Made by a program: the position numbers and the translations under genes
Notes under the pieces: generated by a model
Seen by the model: only the letters and a program-made list of their open reading frames with translations
What the model was told of the DNA's origin: nothing
Databases searched by the model: none
In this document: positions 1-9,259 of the stretch, piece after piece
How positions within the stretch are numbered: position 1 is the stretch's first letter
How the letters are laid out: the number at the start of each line of letters is the position of its first letter
From: Dehalococcoidia bacterium
GTDB lineage: Bacteria > Chloroflexota > Dehalococcoidia > UBA2979
Length of the DNA: 64,000 nt
Assembly (NCBI GenBank): GCA_964291495.2
Contig: OZ219871.1
Coordinates: 640,001 to 704,000, forward strand
Reading direction: 5' to 3'

Positions 1-651
1 GGGCGCGATCCCCGGCAGCGACAGCCCGGGCGCCGAGGCGAGGGGGCGGACGTAGCCCTGGATGCCCCCGCCTGTCAGCGCCGCGCCGAGGCGCTCGCGG
101 ATCTCGCCATCGAGGTCCATGCGCTGCGCGTTGACCGCGGCGACGCCCAGCGCCCAGCCGAGCGCGAAGCTCAGCTTGAACGCCCCGCCCTGGTACACCC
201 AGTCACGGTAGAGGTCGTCCACCGTGATCATTGGAATCGCACAGCGCAGGGATGGTGGCCGCTCGCGCGCGGCGAGCAGTGTGGTGACGCCGAGGTAGGA
301 CGGTCCGTAAACCCCCACGTTGCCGTCGCACCACGGCTGCGCGGCGGTCCACTCGATGGTGTCGTAGCCGTCGGGGCCCTCGTCCTGGAACGGGGTGAAC
401 GTCCCCTCGGATCCGAACCGGCCCCGGACGTCCGTACTGACGACGGCGTAGCCGCGCTCCGCGAGCTTCCCGGGGGAGGGCAGCGTCCCCACCGCCCGCA
501 GCTCGACTTCCTTGTCGTACGGGTTGCGCGTGACCAGCGCCGGGACCGCGCTCCCGTCCGCGGGCCGGTAGAGGTCGCCGACGGTGCGCGTGCCGTCACG
601 CAGCGGGATCGGCACATCCTTCTCGATCAGGATCCGCGAGACGCGACTCAC
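1..651 (-). CDS. CocE/NonD family hydrolase (peptidase S15-like), runs off the left edge of the window
   Basis: Manual translation from GTG at 651: MSRVSRILIEKDVPIPLRDGTRTVGDLYRP...RNPYDK...GYAVVSTDVRGRFGSEG...DGYDTIEWTAAQPWCDGNVGFYGPSYLG. This carries the GxSYxG nucleophile motif. The frame is missing from the ORF track because it has no stop in the window. Confidence 0.85.
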   Translation of the reverse strand, partial: MSRVSRILIEKDVPIPLRDGTRTVGDLYRPADGSAVPALVTRNPYDKEVELRAVGTLPSPGKLAERGYAVVSTDVRGRFGSEGTFTPFQDEGPDGYDTIEWTAAQPWCDGNVGVYGPSYLGVTTLLAARERPPSLRCAIPMITVDDLYRDWVYQGGAFKLSFALGWALGVAAVNAQRMDLDGEIRERLGAALTGGGIQGYVRPLASAPGLSLPGIAP

Positions 652-728
652 CACAGCGCCCTCGCCGTCAGCTCATGATCGCGTCGGTGCTGGCGGCCGC
701 GCCGCGACGCCGCCGCCGCGACCTCCCC

Positions 729-2036
729 TTACGCCGTCGCCTGCAGCGCTTCGACGGGCTGCCGCCAGCCGGGGTCGACCTCGAACGGGTTGGCGATCCC
801 GATCTCCTTCGCGTAGTCCTTGAGGGCGGGGATGACCTCCTCGCCCATCAGGCGGATGCTGCGCATGCTCTCCTTGTGGGTCATGGCGCCCTCGCCGTCC
901 CAGAAGAAGATCGAGCCGATCCGCAGGAAGTCCATGACCTCCTTCACCCGCGCGATCACGGTCTCCGGCGAACCGACGACGATCGCGTTCGCGGCGACGA
1001 GTTCGTCGTAGCTCCTGCTCGCGCGCTTGGCGCGGCGGGCCGCCGCGGTGTCGTTCTCCGGCGTCACGACCTGGCGGCCCGAGGAGACGCCGCCGGGGCC
1101 GCTGCGGGTGTCCGCTCCCACGGTGGGCAGCAGCCGCGCGCGGTCGATCATCCCGGGCAGGTTCTGCATGAAGCCCCGGACCTGGCCCTCGTTCCCCTCG
1201 TTGAAGGGGTTGTTCGCGCCGAGGACGAAGTTCTTCCCCACGTCGTAGGCAAGCTCGTCGGTCTCGTCGACGTGGACCTTGATCAGGTAGCCGAAGTGCT
1301 GCGAGTCGGCCTCGTAGCCCTCCTCGCGCGCGACTTCGCTGTAGTACTCGAACGCCGCCTTCGTGGCGTTGATCTCGGTGGCGAGCATGATGTACGGGTA
1401 GCGCCGCCGAGCCGCCCACTCCATGGAGTTCTTGCTGATCAGGCCGCAGGCCATCTGCGCGGGCATCGGCTTCTGATACGGGAGCACCCAGGGATTCACC
1501 GCGCGGTAGTGGAAATGCTGCCCCTCCCAGCGGAACGGCCCGGGGGTGGTCCAGGCCTTCTCGATCAGCGCGTGCGCCTCCTCGAGCCGCTCGAAGTTGT
1601 AGGGCGGCTGCGCGGTGTGGGCCACGCTCTCGCGTCCGGTGCCGCGGACCCAGCCGTTGACGAGGCGGCCGCGCGAGATCAGGTCGATCTCGGCGAGCTG
1701 CTCGGCGAGCAGCAGCGGGTCGTCCCAGAGCGGGAGGATGTTGCCGAGCATCACGATCTTCACGCGCTCCGTGATGCGCGCGAGGATGCCCGCCTCGATA
1801 TTCGGCTGCGCGCCCATGCAGAACGGCCCGTTGTGGTGCTCGTTCAGCATGATCGCGTCGAAGCCCACCTCCTCGGCATAGCAGTGCTCGTCGAAGTAGC
1901 GATGGTAGAGGCCGGAGGCGACGTCGCTGTCGAACAGCGAGTTGCTGAGGTCCATGTCCGTCGTATTGCGTCGGCGCGACCTCAGATCCTCAACCGGATC
2001 CTGGTAGGCGCGTTCCACGAACTTGCCGATGAACAT
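729..2036 (-). CDS. LLM class flavin-dependent oxidoreductase (luciferase-like monooxygenase)
   Basis: Motifs AEEVGFDAIMLNEHH, LAEQLAEIDLISRGRL, PWVLPYQKP, IVVGSPETV. Confidence 0.9.
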   Translation of the reverse strand: MFIGKFVERAYQDPVEDLRSRRRNTTDMDLSNSLFDSDVASGLYHRYFDEHCYAEEVGFDAIMLNEHHNGPFCMGAQPNIEAGILARITERVKIVMLGNILPLWDDPLLLAEQLAEIDLISRGRLVNGWVRGTGRESVAHTAQPPYNFERLEEAHALIEKAWTTPGPFRWEGQHFHYRAVNPWVLPYQKPMPAQMACGLISKNSMEWAARRRYPYIMLATEINATKAAFEYYSEVAREEGYEADSQHFGYLIKVHVDETDELAYDVGKNFVLGANNPFNEGNEGQVRGFMQNLPGMIDRARLLPTVGADTRSGPGGVSSGRQVVTPENDTAAARRAKRASRSYDELVAANAIVVGSPETVIARVKEVMDFLRIGSIFFWDGEGAMTHKESMRSIRLMGEEVIPALKDYAKEIGIANPFEVDPGWRQPVEALQATA

Positions 2037-2077
2037 CCCGAACTCCGTTCCTCAGGGCAGGCTCGGCAGGTGGTCGC

Positions 2078-3283
2078 TCAGGCGACCGCTCCAGCCTCGC
2101 GCAACGCCGAGACTTCCTCTCCGCTGTAACCGAGCTCCGTCAGCACCTCGTCCGTGTGCTCGCCGAAGAGCGGCGCGGGGTCCATGCGCCCGTGGTCACC
2201 GTCGACTTCCAGCATGCCCCGCAGCTGCCAGAGCCGGCCCTTCGTCGGGTGCTCGATCGCCTTGTACATCTCGTTCCCGACGACCTGGGGATCGTCGAAG
2301 AGCTCCTCGACGCTCATGCGCATCGGTGACGCAGGCACCTTGTTGTGAGCGAGCAACTCCACGAGGTCGTCGAGTTGCATCGTGGAGATCCAGTGGCCGA
2401 GCAGCTCGTTGACCTCGGCGCCGTGGATCGAGCGCTGCAGCCTCGTGGCGTACTCGGGGCTCTCGCCCAGGTACGCGAGGTTCGCGAGCTCGCAGAGCTT
2501 CTTGAACTGCTTGTCGTTCCAGGCGCTGAGGTAGATCCAGCCACCGTCGGCGGTCTTGAATACGCCCAGCCCGCCCAGCCCGGCGAGGCCGTCGCCTCGC
2601 GGGGCCGCCGGCGGCGTGTCGTCGTCCTCGGCGATGACACGGAACGCGCCCACGAGGTGCATCGCCGCGTGGAAGATCGACGTGGTCACCAGGGAGCCTT
2701 CACCGGTGAGCTCGCGCTTCCGCAGACCCGACATCGCGCAGATGGTCGCGAGCAGCGCCGCGGTGGGATCGGGACCACCGCCTTTCAGCTCCGGGGGTTC
2801 GTCCTCACGTTGCGGCGGGCGGACGATGCCGCTGTAGGCCGCGGCGAGCACGGCGTAGCCGGGCTCGTTGGCCAGCGGGCCCTGTGTGCCCCAGCCGCTG
2901 ACCGTGACCTGCACCAACCGCGGATTGACCTTCTTCAGTTCCTCGTAGCCCAGCCCGAGCGCCTCGAGCGAGCCCGGGACGGTCGCCTCGATGAAGATGT
3001 CGGTGTCCTGCAGCAACCGCTTCAGCACGGCCTGACCGCCAGCGGTCTTCACGTCGATGACGACGCCCCGCTTGCTGCGGTTGCAGGTCGAGTAGAGCGT
3101 GCCTTCGCGGCCGAGGAAGGGCGTGGTGGAATTGCGCCCGTCATCGCCCCATGGGGGCTCGATGTGGACCACGTCCGCGCCCATCTCTGCCAGCATGCGC
3201 GCGGCCAGCGGTCCGGCGATATTCGTCGTCAGGTCAACGACCTTGACGCCGCTCATGGGGCCTATCGGGGGTGCTGCGGTCAT
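2078..3283 (-). CDS. Family III (CaiB/BaiF) CoA-transferase
   Basis: GVKVVDLTTNIAGP, LAEMGADVVHIEPPWGD, NRSKR and C-terminal APLFGEHTDEVL. Start moved to ATG 3283, which follows a GGGAGG RBS. Confidence 0.9.
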   Translation of the reverse strand: MTAAPPIGPMSGVKVVDLTTNIAGPLAARMLAEMGADVVHIEPPWGDDGRNSTTPFLGREGTLYSTCNRSKRGVVIDVKTAGGQAVLKRLLQDTDIFIEATVPGSLEALGLGYEELKKVNPRLVQVTVSGWGTQGPLANEPGYAVLAAAYSGIVRPPQREDEPPELKGGGPDPTAALLATICAMSGLRKRELTGEGSLVTTSIFHAAMHLVGAFRVIAEDDDTPPAAPRGDGLAGLGGLGVFKTADGGWIYLSAWNDKQFKKLCELANLAYLGESPEYATRLQRSIHGAEVNELLGHWISTMQLDDLVELLAHNKVPASPMRMSVEELFDDPQVVGNEMYKAIEHPTKGRLWQLRGMLEVDGDHGRMDPAPLFGEHTDEVLTELGYSGEEVSALREAGAVA

Positions 3284-3431
3284 CTTCGAATCCTCCCGCC
3301 TCGTCACCCTGCGGGGACTTCCTGCCGGTGCGGTGCGCCTGCCCCTCGTTCGCGTCACCCGAGGTGGTCCCGAGCTGTCTGCCCGGACCGGGCGCTCCGC
3401 GTACACAAACCCCTCGCCTCGCCCGGCGGGC

Positions 3432-3451
3432 GAGCGAGCGAGCACTCGCTT
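3432..3451. promoter_or_regulatory. Putative TetR operator, motif A (core TGAGCG-N2-CGCTCA)
   Basis: GAGCGAGCGAGCACTCGCTT matches the 6097-6116 site at 16/20 positions. It lies downstream of a minus-strand TTGACA (3485-3490) in a divergent intergenic region. Confidence 0.5.
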
Positions 3452-3667
3452 ACCCTCGTGTTCGTACACGGCGTGAGGCCGGCCTGTCAAGCACGGCGGA
3501 CGCGGCAGCGGGCCGGTCGGCGGAGGCTCCTCGAGCGCCCGCGGGCGCCCTCGGGTGCGTGTCCGTCGTTGCCGCCCGGCGATCGATCGTGATAGAACGC
3601 TCCTGCGCTGAGCGTGCGCCCGCACAGGTCTGACGCCGCCCGCCCCGCCTGCACGAAGGACGAATCA

Positions 3668-4855
3668 GTGAGCCCCTCATCAGCCGATGCCACGTACACC
3701 GTCAAGGACCAGGTCGCCATCGTCGGCATCGGCGAGACCACCTACTACAAGCGAGGCACCTCGCCGGTCCCGGAGTTCGTGCTCGCCTGCGAGGCGATCC
3801 TCAAGGCGGCCGACGACGCCGGCATCGACGTCCACGAGATCGATGGCTTCGCGTCCTACAGCAACGACCGTAACGACCCGGTACGGATCGGCAACGCGCT
3901 CGGCATCCGCGACATGGCCTTCACCAACATGTTCTGGGGCGGGGGCGGGGGCGGCGTCTGCGGCGCGGTCGGCAACGCGGCCGCGGCGCTCGTCGCGGGC
4001 TACGCGAAGTACGTCGTGGCGTACCGGGCGCTGGCGCAGGGGCAGTTCGGCCGCTTCGGGCAGTCGCACGCCACGGGCGCCGTCACCGGCGCGGCGGCCT
4101 ACGTCAATCCGTACGGCCTGATGACGCCCGCGCAGCAGATCGCGCTGCGCACGCAGCGCTTCATGCACGAGCACGACGTCACCCAGGACGCGCTCGCCGC
4201 GATCTCGCTCGCCTCGTACACCCACGCGCAGCGCAATCCGCGGGCCGTGATGTACGGGCGGCCGCTCACGCGCGAGGACTACGACCAGTCACGCTGGATC
4301 GTCGAGCCCTTCCACCTCTTCGACTGCTGCCAGGAGAACGACGGCGCCGCCGCGGTCATCCTGACCACGGCGGAGCGTGCGCAGGACTTGCAGCAGAAGC
4401 CGGCCTGGGTGATGGGTGCGGCGCAGGGCTCGGACGCCCGCTTCTCGCTGCCGACGCACAATGCGCCCGACTACCCGAGCGCGAACTTCAAGCCCGTCGC
4501 GCGACGGCTCTTCGAGATGGCGGGGATCGGCCCTCAGGACGTGGATGTGGCGCAGGTCTACGAGAACTTCACCGGCGGGACGATGCTGAGCATGGTCGAG
4601 CACGGTCTCTGCGAGCCCGACGAGGTGCAGGAGTTCTGCACCGAGGCCAACCTCACCTGGCCGGACGGCGGCCTCCCGCTCAACACCAGCGGCGGGAACC
4701 TCGCCGAGTGCTACATGCACGGCCTCGAGCTCGTGAATGAGGCGGTCCGGCAGGTGCGGGGAACTTCGACCTGCCAGGTGGAGGGCGCCGAGATCGCGCT
4801 GGTCGCCGGGGGGCCCGTCACGGCGCCAGTCAGCGATCTGATCCTGCACGGCTGA
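3668..4855 (+). CDS. Thiolase-fold protein, SCP2/Ltp2 (lipid-transfer protein/aldolase)-like
   Basis: VAIVGIGET, NPRAVM, PFHLFDCCQENDGAAA, VYENFT, NTSGGNLAECYMHG, EAVRQVRG. Followed by a DUF35 gene. Confidence 0.88.
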   Translation: MSPSSADATYTVKDQVAIVGIGETTYYKRGTSPVPEFVLACEAILKAADDAGIDVHEIDGFASYSNDRNDPVRIGNALGIRDMAFTNMFWGGGGGGVCGAVGNAAAALVAGYAKYVVAYRALAQGQFGRFGQSHATGAVTGAAAYVNPYGLMTPAQQIALRTQRFMHEHDVTQDALAAISLASYTHAQRNPRAVMYGRPLTREDYDQSRWIVEPFHLFDCCQENDGAAAVILTTAERAQDLQQKPAWVMGAAQGSDARFSLPTHNAPDYPSANFKPVARRLFEMAGIGPQDVDVAQVYENFTGGTMLSMVEHGLCEPDEVQEFCTEANLTWPDGGLPLNTSGGNLAECYMHGLELVNEAVRQVRGTSTCQVEGAEIALVAGGPVTAPVSDLILHG

Positions 4856-4878
4856 TCGTTGGAAGCGGGGAGGCACCC

Positions 4879-5337
4879 ATGACCGAGCAGCGGCACGGCG
4901 CCTACTACCTTCCGGACGGGGTTCCGCAGCCGGCGCCCGCTCCCGACGGGATGGACGCCCCCTACTGGGAGGCAACGCGCCGGCACGAGCTGGTGGTCCA
5001 GCACTGCGAGGCCTGCGAGCGGTTCCAGTGGGAGCCCGAGTGGATCTGCGGGGCCTGCCAGTCCTTCGACCTGGCCTGGCGCCCGGTTCCCGCCAGAGGC
5101 ACGATCTTCGCCTGGGAGCGCGTCTGGCACCCCGTCCACCCCGCACTCGCCGAGGGCGTCCCCTACCTCGTCGTGCTCGTCGAGCTGCCCGAGGCCGGCA
5201 ACGTCCGGATGGTGGGCAACCTCCTCGGGGATCCGCACCAACAGGTGCGGACCGGCGCGGAGGTCAACGCAGTCTTCGAGGACCACGAGGACGACGGCTA
5301 CACACTCGTCCAGTGGGAGCTTGCTTCCGCGAGCTGA
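4879..5337 (+). CDS. DUF35 family Zn-ribbon/OB-fold protein (thiolase partner)
   Basis: PYWEATRRHELVVQHCEAC...ICGAC, GTIFAW, PYLVVLVEL. Confidence 0.9.
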   Translation: MTEQRHGAYYLPDGVPQPAPAPDGMDAPYWEATRRHELVVQHCEACERFQWEPEWICGACQSFDLAWRPVPARGTIFAWERVWHPVHPALAEGVPYLVVLVELPEAGNVRMVGNLLGDPHQQVRTGAEVNAVFEDHEDDGYTLVQWELASAS

Positions 5338-5344
5338 CAAGAGT

Positions 5345-5368
5345 TGAGGCCGGCGATAGCCGGCCTCA
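5345..5368. terminator. Hairpin between convergent genes, possible bidirectional terminator
   Basis: TGAGGCCGGC-GATA-GCCGGCCTCA forms a perfect 10-bp stem. No strong U-tract. Confidence 0.5.
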
Positions 5369-5395
5369 GCGCATGATCCGCGGGCCGGCCGCCTG

Positions 5396-6025
5396 CTAGG
5401 ACACGCCCGACTTCTCGCGGCGCTCGGGAAGCACGTCGGCGAGGATCAGGTCGAACTGCGCGTCGAAGTACGAGGACACGTCGAAGTCGTCCTTGAGCGC
5501 CCAGCCCTTCAGCGCCCACATGTGCGCGAGCATGATGATGTTGTGGGCGACCAGTTCCGGGTTCACCGGGCGGAACTGCCCCGCGTCCATGCCCTGCCGG
5601 ATGATTTCCGCCAGGAAGTCGCGCTCGCGCAGCTCGCTCTGCTTCAAGACCTCGAGGTGCTCGGGCAGCATCGAAGCCGACTCGCGGTAGAGGAGTGCGA
5701 CCTCGCGCCGCAGGCCCGCCACGGCGTTGAAGAAGTGCTCGGCCGCGGCGTGCAGCGTCTCGAGCGGCGTCTCACGCGGCTCGACCGCGCGCAGGCCGTC
5801 CGAGAGGTCCTCCATGATCGCGGAGGCGATCAGGTAGAGCACGTCCTCCTTGCGGGAGATGTAGAGGTAGAGGGTGCCCATCGTGATGTCGGCGGCCGCG
5901 GCAATGTCGCGGATCGACGTGCGGTGGAACCCTTTTTCGAGCATGACGCCGGTCGCGGTCGAGACGATCTGTTGCCGCCGACCGGCCAGAAGAGCCTCAT
6001 CCGCCACCTTCGCGGGTACAACCAT
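5396..6025 (-). CDS. TetR/AcrR family transcriptional regulator
   Basis: HTH: RRQQIVSTA...KGFHRTSIRDIAAAADITMGTLYLYISRKEDVL. C-terminal AHNIIMLAHMWALKGW. Confidence 0.92.
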   Translation of the reverse strand: MVVPAKVADEALLAGRRQQIVSTATGVMLEKGFHRTSIRDIAAAADITMGTLYLYISRKEDVLYLIASAIMEDLSDGLRAVEPRETPLETLHAAAEHFFNAVAGLRREVALLYRESASMLPEHLEVLKQSELRERDFLAEIIRQGMDAGQFRPVNPELVAHNIIMLAHMWALKGWALKDDFDVSSYFDAQFDLILADVLPERREKSGVS

Positions 6026-6091
6026 TGCCCGTTCTCCTCACCGCGGGGAAACCTCTGAGATTGACGGGATCATACGGTCGTTGCTAGGTTA

Positions 6092-6121
6092 GCGACAAGT
6101 GAGCGATCGCTCGCTTGTCGC
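6092..6121. promoter_or_regulatory. Near-perfect 30-bp palindrome, probable TetR autoregulatory operator (motif A)
   Basis: GCGACAAGTGAGCGATCGCTCGCTTGTCGC sits between the divergent TetR and LLM genes, directly after TTGACG(6061)-N18-TAGGTT(6085). Confidence 0.7.
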
Positions 6122-6255
6122 ACAAACTCGCACCCGTGGGCGGCCCTCGCTCCACCCCTCGGGGACTGCATTCGAGCCGCCATCCGCCGGGTTCTGATTC
6201 GATAGTCTGGCGTTGTGAGCGCTGCGACACTCGGTTCGAGAAAGGAGGGGTCACG

Positions 6256-7377
6256 ATGAAGATCGGCCTCGCCATCCCGCAGTACGCGCGCTGGTTCCGG
6301 GGGGAGCCGGCGTTCCGCGTGCTGGAGAAGGCCAAGGAAACGAACCTCGAGTCCCTCTGGCTCGTCGACCACATCATCCTCACACCCACGCAGGCCGTCG
6401 GCTACGGCACGGGGACGATGGACGTCTGGACGGCGTGCGCATACTTCGCGGGCGCCTGCGACGCGATCGACTACCACCCCTACTTCAGCCAGGCCGTCGC
6501 GGTCATCCCCTGGCGCCCGCCGATCCAGCAGGCGCAGGTGCTCGCGACCATCGACCACCTCACCCACGGCCGGCTGATGATCGGCGCCGGCAGCGGCCAC
6601 ATCGTCGAGGCGTCCGAGGCCATGCGACAGCCGTTCGACGAGCGCACGGCGATGACCGACGAGTACCTCAAGTGCATGATCGCGCTCTGGAAGAACCGCG
6701 TCGCGAGCTTCCACGGCAAGTACGCCAGCTTCGACGAGATGACCATCATGGTCCGGCCCACGCAGGAGCCCCACCCGCCCATCATCTACGGAGGGCGCGG
6801 GCCACGGCCGTTCCGGCGCATCGGCGAGTACTGCCAGGGCTATCTGCCCGGCGTCGGCGCTCTCAACACCCCCTCGACCCGTGCCGGGCCGATCGGCGAG
6901 CAGCCCTCGTACTTCGCCGGCAAGCCGATCTTTCCCTGGGACGCCGAGGAGCTGACCGGCACCCAGCGGCTGGCGCGGGATCTCGAGGAGCTGCAGATGT
7001 ACTGGGACCGCTACGGCCGCACGGGCAAGCCCTACGTCGCGATCACGATCCAGTGCCAGATCACCGACCGCCGGGACGACGAGGAAGAGAGCGAGGTGGC
7101 TCGCGGGTTGGTCAAGGAGGGCGAGCTCAGCTTCAGGTCGACCTATCCGGTCGTCCACGTCGACGATCTCGTGCAGACGATCCGCGACTGCGCCGAAGTC
7201 GGCGTCGACCACATCGGGATCCGCCCGGGCGCCTACCGCTACCGCGACCTCGACCAGGTCGGGAACCTGCTGCACCAGATGGAGCTGATGGCCGAGCATG
7301 TGCTTCCGAAGGTCACGCTGACCCCCGGCCCGATCGGCCCGTTCTCCTACGCCGACTCGATCGAGGGCGTGGACTAG
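6256..7377 (+). CDS. LLM class flavin/F420-dependent oxidoreductase
   Basis: MKIGLAIP after an AGGAGG RBS; LWLVDHI, LATIDHLTHGRLMIGAGSG, PTQEPHPPIIYGG. Confidence 0.9.
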   Translation: MKIGLAIPQYARWFRGEPAFRVLEKAKETNLESLWLVDHIILTPTQAVGYGTGTMDVWTACAYFAGACDAIDYHPYFSQAVAVIPWRPPIQQAQVLATIDHLTHGRLMIGAGSGHIVEASEAMRQPFDERTAMTDEYLKCMIALWKNRVASFHGKYASFDEMTIMVRPTQEPHPPIIYGGRGPRPFRRIGEYCQGYLPGVGALNTPSTRAGPIGEQPSYFAGKPIFPWDAEELTGTQRLARDLEELQMYWDRYGRTGKPYVAITIQCQITDRRDDEEESEVARGLVKEGELSFRSTYPVVHVDDLVQTIRDCAEVGVDHIGIRPGAYRYRDLDQVGNLLHQMELMAEHVLPKVTLTPGPIGPFSYADSIEGVD

Positions 7378-7393
7378 GAGCGGCGGCGGACCG

Positions 7394-8728
7394 CTAGGCG
7401 ACGGCGCCCGCAGCCCGCAGCTCGGCGATCTCGTCCGCGGAGAGCCCCGCGCTCCGCAGAATCTCGTCGGTGTGCTTCCCGAGGACCGGGGCCGGGCCGG
7501 CGGGCTGGACAGTGGACTTCGACATCTCGAACACCCCGCCGAGTTGCCGCTGCGGGCCGGTCAACTCGTCCTCGATCTCCGCCATCAGGTGTGACGCCTG
7601 CGGGTCGTCGGCGACCTCGCCGGGCAGGTGCACCGGCGCGACGGGCACGCCGGCGTCGAGCAGCTCGCGCACGACCTCGGCGACGGTACGGCTGCGCACC
7701 GCCTCGACGACGGCCAGCCGGGTCTGCTCGACGCGCGCCTTCACCTCCGGGTCGAACGGATCGACGCCCGGCTCGTCGCTCCCGTCGTCGGGAATGTTGA
7801 GCGCGCCGCGCGCGAGCGTGCGCATCGCCGGGGTGTACGCGCCCATGAACACCGGCCCGTCCTTGGCCATGTAGCCGGCGAGGAACGGCCCGCGGATCGA
7901 GGAGTGCGCGACCACCACGCGGTTGTCCGTCGGCCCGCGGCCGGGTTCCCGCGCGCTCCCGAGGCTTGGGGGTCCGCTCGCCTTGTAGTCCCGCAACACC
8001 GAGGCGTAGTCGTCGCCCGCCTCGAAGCGCTCATGCGCCTTCTCGACGCGAGGGCCGTAGAGCGTCGGGTCGCGGCCGGGATCCTGGCTGACCAGGCCGC
8101 CGATCAGGATCATGGCGGAGCGCAGCAGGGCGACGTCGACGAACTGCCCCTCGCCGGTCCGGTCGCGGTGGTAGAGCGCCGAGGTGACCCCGACGACGGT
8201 CGAGAGTCCGGTGACGGCGTCGATCGTCCCTCCGTGCGTGCCCATCGGCCCGCCGAACTCGTCGATCACGCCGACCTCCGCCATGTAGCCGGAGTAGGCC
8301 TGCGCGACCATGTCGATGAGCGGCTCATCGACACGCGGCCCGTGGCTCCCGAAGCCCGATATCTGGGCATAGACCAGGTCCGGGCGGTATTGCGCGAGGG
8401 TCTCGTAGTCGAGTTCCAACCGGCGGATCACGTTCGGCCGGAAGTTGATGACGACGACGTCGAAGGACGGGATGATGCGGTGGATCAGCGAGCGGCCGCG
8501 CGGGTCGGCGAGGTTCACCACGAGGCTGCGCTTGCCCCGGTTGAGGAACTGGAATCCCTTGCTCGTGCCCTGGACCACGGCCGCGGCGCCGCGCATCCCC
8601 TCGCCGCCCGGAGGCTCGATCTTGACCACCTCCGCGCCGAGGTCGCCCAGCACGACTCCGGCCAGCGGTCCGGCGATGATCTGCGAGAACTCGAGCACCC
8701 GCACGCCATGCAGCGGACCCGGCGCCAT
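7394..8728 (-). CDS. Family III (CaiB/BaiF) CoA-transferase
   Basis: GPLHGVRVLEFSQIIAGP, NRGKRS, catalytic-Asp region GTIDAVTG, APVLGKHTDEIL. Confidence 0.9.
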   Translation of the reverse strand: MAPGPLHGVRVLEFSQIIAGPLAGVVLGDLGAEVVKIEPPGGEGMRGAAAVVQGTSKGFQFLNRGKRSLVVNLADPRGRSLIHRIIPSFDVVVINFRPNVIRRLELDYETLAQYRPDLVYAQISGFGSHGPRVDEPLIDMVAQAYSGYMAEVGVIDEFGGPMGTHGGTIDAVTGLSTVVGVTSALYHRDRTGEGQFVDVALLRSAMILIGGLVSQDPGRDPTLYGPRVEKAHERFEAGDDYASVLRDYKASGPPSLGSAREPGRGPTDNRVVVAHSSIRGPFLAGYMAKDGPVFMGAYTPAMRTLARGALNIPDDGSDEPGVDPFDPEVKARVEQTRLAVVEAVRSRTVAEVVRELLDAGVPVAPVHLPGEVADDPQASHLMAEIEDELTGPQRQLGGVFEMSKSTVQPAGPAPVLGKHTDEILRSAGLSADEIAELRAAGAVA

Positions 8729-8840
8729 GGTTGGGCTCCCTTCGTCGTCTGTCATCCGCGCGCCCCGTAGGCGACCGTGCTGAAGGCGTCCGTGAACGCG
8801 AGAGCCCGGTGCTGAGCCCTCGAGTGGCCGCGAGCGCTCA

Positions 8841-9257
8841 TCAGCTCGCTGGACGGAAATAGGGTAGCGTGACGCCTTCCGCGAGGTCCCTGAAGACGAC
8901 CTCCACGGGCAGCCCGATGCGCACGTCGGCCGGCTCGCAATCCACGACGTTGCTCATCATGACTGGCCCCTCGTCCAGCCTGATCATCGCGATCACGTAG
9001 GGGGCGTCGTCAACCCAGGCCTCGCTGACCGGGCGGTGCACGACGGTGTAGGTGTAGACCTCGCCCCTGCCGCTCACCTCGGCCCAGTCGTAGTCCAGGC
9101 CCATGCAGTCCGGCGCGTGGCACATGGGGCTGGGGTAGAAGCGGAACGTCCCGCAGGCGTCGCAGCGCTGCAGGCGCAACTCGTGATTGTTCAGGGCATC
9201 CCAGTACGGCTCGGAGCCGGGCGTGAACTGGGGAAGCGGCTTTGCGAGGTCGGCCAC
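8841..9257 (-). CDS. DUF35 family Zn-ribbon/OB-fold protein
   Basis: PYWDALNNHELRLQRCDAC...CHAPDC, GEVYTYTVV, LDEGPVMMSNVV. Confidence 0.9.
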   Translation of the reverse strand: MADLAKPLPQFTPGSEPYWDALNNHELRLQRCDACGTFRFYPSPMCHAPDCMGLDYDWAEVSGRGEVYTYTVVHRPVSEAWVDDAPYVIAMIRLDEGPVMMSNVVDCEPADVRIGLPVEVVFRDLAEGVTLPYFRPAS

Positions 9258-9259
9258 CG

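Noticed and set aside
6092-6121. Palindrome as a KstR2 box (CAAG...CTTG ends)
   Set aside because: The spacing between CAAG and CTTG is much longer than the 2 nt of the mycobacterial KstR2 motif, so it is treated as a different operator.
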